Program-made: the position numbers and the translations under genes
In this document: piece by piece, positions 33,624 to 36,030 of the stretch
Position numbering within the stretch: the first letter of the stretch is position 1
How the letters are laid out: each line of letters opens with the position of its first letter
From: Amoeboaphelidium occidentale
Taxonomy: Eukaryota
Reading direction: 5' to 3'
Assembly (NCBI GenBank): GCA_023515795.1
Contig: JALGPX010000108.1
Span: 1 to 36,030, forward strand
DNA: 36,030 nucleotides
Notes under the pieces: model-generated
Seen by the model: only the letters and a program-made list of their open reading frames with translations
The model's database searches: none
What the model was told of the DNA's origin: nothing

Positions 33624-35109
33624 TTATTCTTTTCCGAGGAACGACTTTATCAAGTTAGTTGGATTGTCAGACTTCATAAGACTTTCACCAACCAAAACTC
33701 CAACGACACCAATTTGTTCGTATTTCAGTACATCTTCCCTTGATTTGACTCCACTCAGAGCAATAATAGAAACATCCTTTGGAGCGTTTGCTACTAATCT
33801 TGTTGTCGTTTCCATATCAACTTCAAATGTATGCAAATTCCTGTTGTTGATTCCGATTACTTTTGCGCCGCTTTCAAGTGCAATCTTCATTTCTTGTTCG
33901 TTATTGACTTCAACAAGAGGTTCCATGTCTAGATATCTAGTGCAAGTAATCAAATCTTTCAGCCTCTGTGGAGTGAGTATAGCAACAATAAGAAGGATCA
34001 TATCAGCACCAAATACCCGCGATTCATAAACTTGATACTCATCGAATATAAAGTCTTTTCTCAAGACGAACGGTCTATCTGAAGCGCCTGTTTCAAGTGA
34101 CTGTCTGATCATTTGCATATCAAATATACTTCCAAGAAAAGAATGCTCTTCTGTGAGTACTGAAATGACAGTGGCACTTCCATTTGAGTAGCGCTTCGCT
34201 TGTAAAACAGGATTAACATCAGAGTTAATAACTCCTTTCGATGGAGAAGCTCTCTTGAATTCTGCGAACACTGACATTCTTTGAGACTTTAGTTTCTTTA
34301 CAATCTCCTTGCAACCAGGAGTTTTAGGGCAAACAGATGAACTGATATATGCCTTCAAATTATTGAACGAAGTCGCGTGCGAAGCTTTTAGCGCTTCCAC
34401 AGTAGCATGCTTTCTCTCTACAATCTTTGCAAGTATCGATGGCGTTTCAGCATTATAACTTTGACCTTGAAACAACTCTGCATTACTTTCATAGTCTGAC
34501 CATTTACCGCCTTTAACTCTTAGAAAGTTCGCAATCATGTCCATTCCGTTCTCACACACAATCGATTCCGGGTGAAACTGGACACCTTCAATAGTAAATT
34601 CCTGATGCCTGACGCCTTGAACAATTCCAGATTCCGTCTTTGCTGATACATTTATACAAGTCGGTATATCCTTTCCAGCTAGCGAGTGATATCTAGTGAC
34701 TTTCACATTCTGTTTAATACCGTGAAATACTCCTTTGCCGTCGTGTTCTATAGCCGTAGCTTTTCCATGCACAATTTCTCCAGCGTGAGCCACAACTCCG
34801 CCAAATACTTCGATTATCGCCTGATGTCCTAAACAGACTCCAAATATCGGAACTTTCCCTGCGAAATGCCGAATAACTTCCATTGAAATCCCAGCATCTT
34901 TTGGATAGCCCGGACCCTTCAGCGTAAGCTCACAATCATGCACAACAATTTACCGGTGATATTATTATCCGTTCAGGCTTAAGAGAGATTAATTCATCAA
35001 CTGTAATCGCATCGTTCCGTATAACTTCGACGTCTGCCCCGAGTGCGCAGAAGTAAGAGTACAAATTATAAGTGAACGAATCGTAATTGTCAATCAGAAT
35101 ATTCACCAT
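33624..35109 (-). CDS. TRP3: Anthranilate synthase component II (TrpG) fused to indole-3-glycerol phosphate synthase (TrpC)
   Basis: [15 protein letters not shown], then 37-nt intron 34917-34953, then [56 protein letters not shown]; stop after FLGKE. Confidence 0.95.
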
Positions 35110-35416
35110 CGCTCCGGTAAAAAGAAAGAGATTGTAAAACTGCGACAATTCAGTTGATAAACTAAGGAGGGGAAGAAATGATAGATTTAAAGGCGGGCAT
35201 GCATGATAAAGATCAGATCAAACCAGTTGAACGTTTGAAACGGTAAACGCAGTTTACGAGGCAAAAACTACTGAAACGAGTGGTTAAACGTAAGATTTAA
35301 AAGATCTTGTAGGATGCCTTGAGACTAACTCTGAAGCCAGAAGGCAAACCCAAAGCCTCGATTATTAATTGTTATCGCTGGAAATAACAAAATCGCAAGC
35401 TAACAGTTTCAGTAGC

Positions 35417-35808
35417 AGCTGCTTAAATCCTGGAGTTATGACTGTAGAAGGCATAAACAATAGAAAAGAGGCCTAGATGATCCATGAAGTGGTCATGTTA
35501 GCTTATGATCAGAGCGAGACTCACAACCTGTTAACACAAACAAATGTGAAACACAGAGGACGGTGACAGCCCAAGTAAAGGGGAGCTTAGCATGAATGAT
35601 AAATAGAGCAAACACGGTTTATTTAAGCAGCTAAGAATAGAATCCTACAGTCTAGGCTCTTTAAGTAGCTATACTGTGACCATAATAGCAACAGAGCCAA
35701 ACTGAACAACCAAATCCAGCGACAACAGGGAGCCCTGCAAGATCACATGGCATACTCACACCTCTTATAAATCCAATAATTAAGCTTCTATTACCCTCTT
35801 AAGCAGCT
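35417..35808. repeat. Dispersed 10-bp motif TTAAGCAGCT in both orientations within a non-coding stretch
   Basis: Exact on + at 35623 and 35799, exact on - at 35417-35426, one mismatch (ttaagtagct) at 35661. Confidence 0.55.
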
Positions 35809-36030
35809 GGAGTGATCATATTCATTAGCTCCAATTGTTGTGTAATCATTTGTCCAAACCCACAGAGTTCCACAGATCCAGAAACCAGACCAAACCATTC
35901 CATCCAACTTTCCAGCCATCCAAAGAATCTTTCGGCGTCAATTAGGCTGTTTTTTGACACTCAGTTTTGTGCGTTTGTACAGTCCGGCTTAGCAACGGTG
36001 AATGGCCGGTCTGCCCGGCGCAAAGTTTGG

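Noticed and set aside
4688..36030. One giant element bounded by the 4.7 kb and 36 kb motifs
   Set aside because: The similarity is weak and the interval is filled with ordinary housekeeping genes.
1..36030. CRISPR array, rRNA or tRNA genes; many short antisense ORFs in the track
   Set aside because: No regularly spaced repeats or recognisable RNA-gene motifs were seen. The short ORFs are shadows of real genes in other frames.

Overview
Very compact eukaryotic genomic DNA in the standard genetic code, with short GT-AG introns (about 30-45 nt where traced) and many intergenic gaps under 50 bp. The gene content points to an early-diverging fungus or aphelid-like holomycotan (inference). The main finding is a decayed Fanzor1-type gene at 5400-7439 (+), a eukaryotic TnpB-like RNA-guided RuvC nuclease. 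The ORF track splits it into three ORFs plus an untranslated tail, but all three RuvC catalytic motifs and the zinc finger can be read across the lesions. It lies in a ~3 kb island with no transposase. Other notable items are a Kelch-TM-kinase receptor-like gene whose kinase domain stops early next to this island, a Crinkler-type NTPase-REase gene broken by two tandem stops, a TrpG-TrpC gene separated from TrpF by an antisense CSL transcription factor gene, a secreted GH5, and a structured intergenic RNA candidate at ~26.9-27.1 kb. The rest is mostly housekeeping genes (HMG-box, ArfGAP, CDKN3-like phosphatase, PAAF1/Rpn14, VIP36-like lectin, forkhead, PP2C, Cox9, Ost3/6). Two duplications flanking N gaps are probably assembly or haplotype artefacts. 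All family calls come from motif recognition by eye; no database searches were run.
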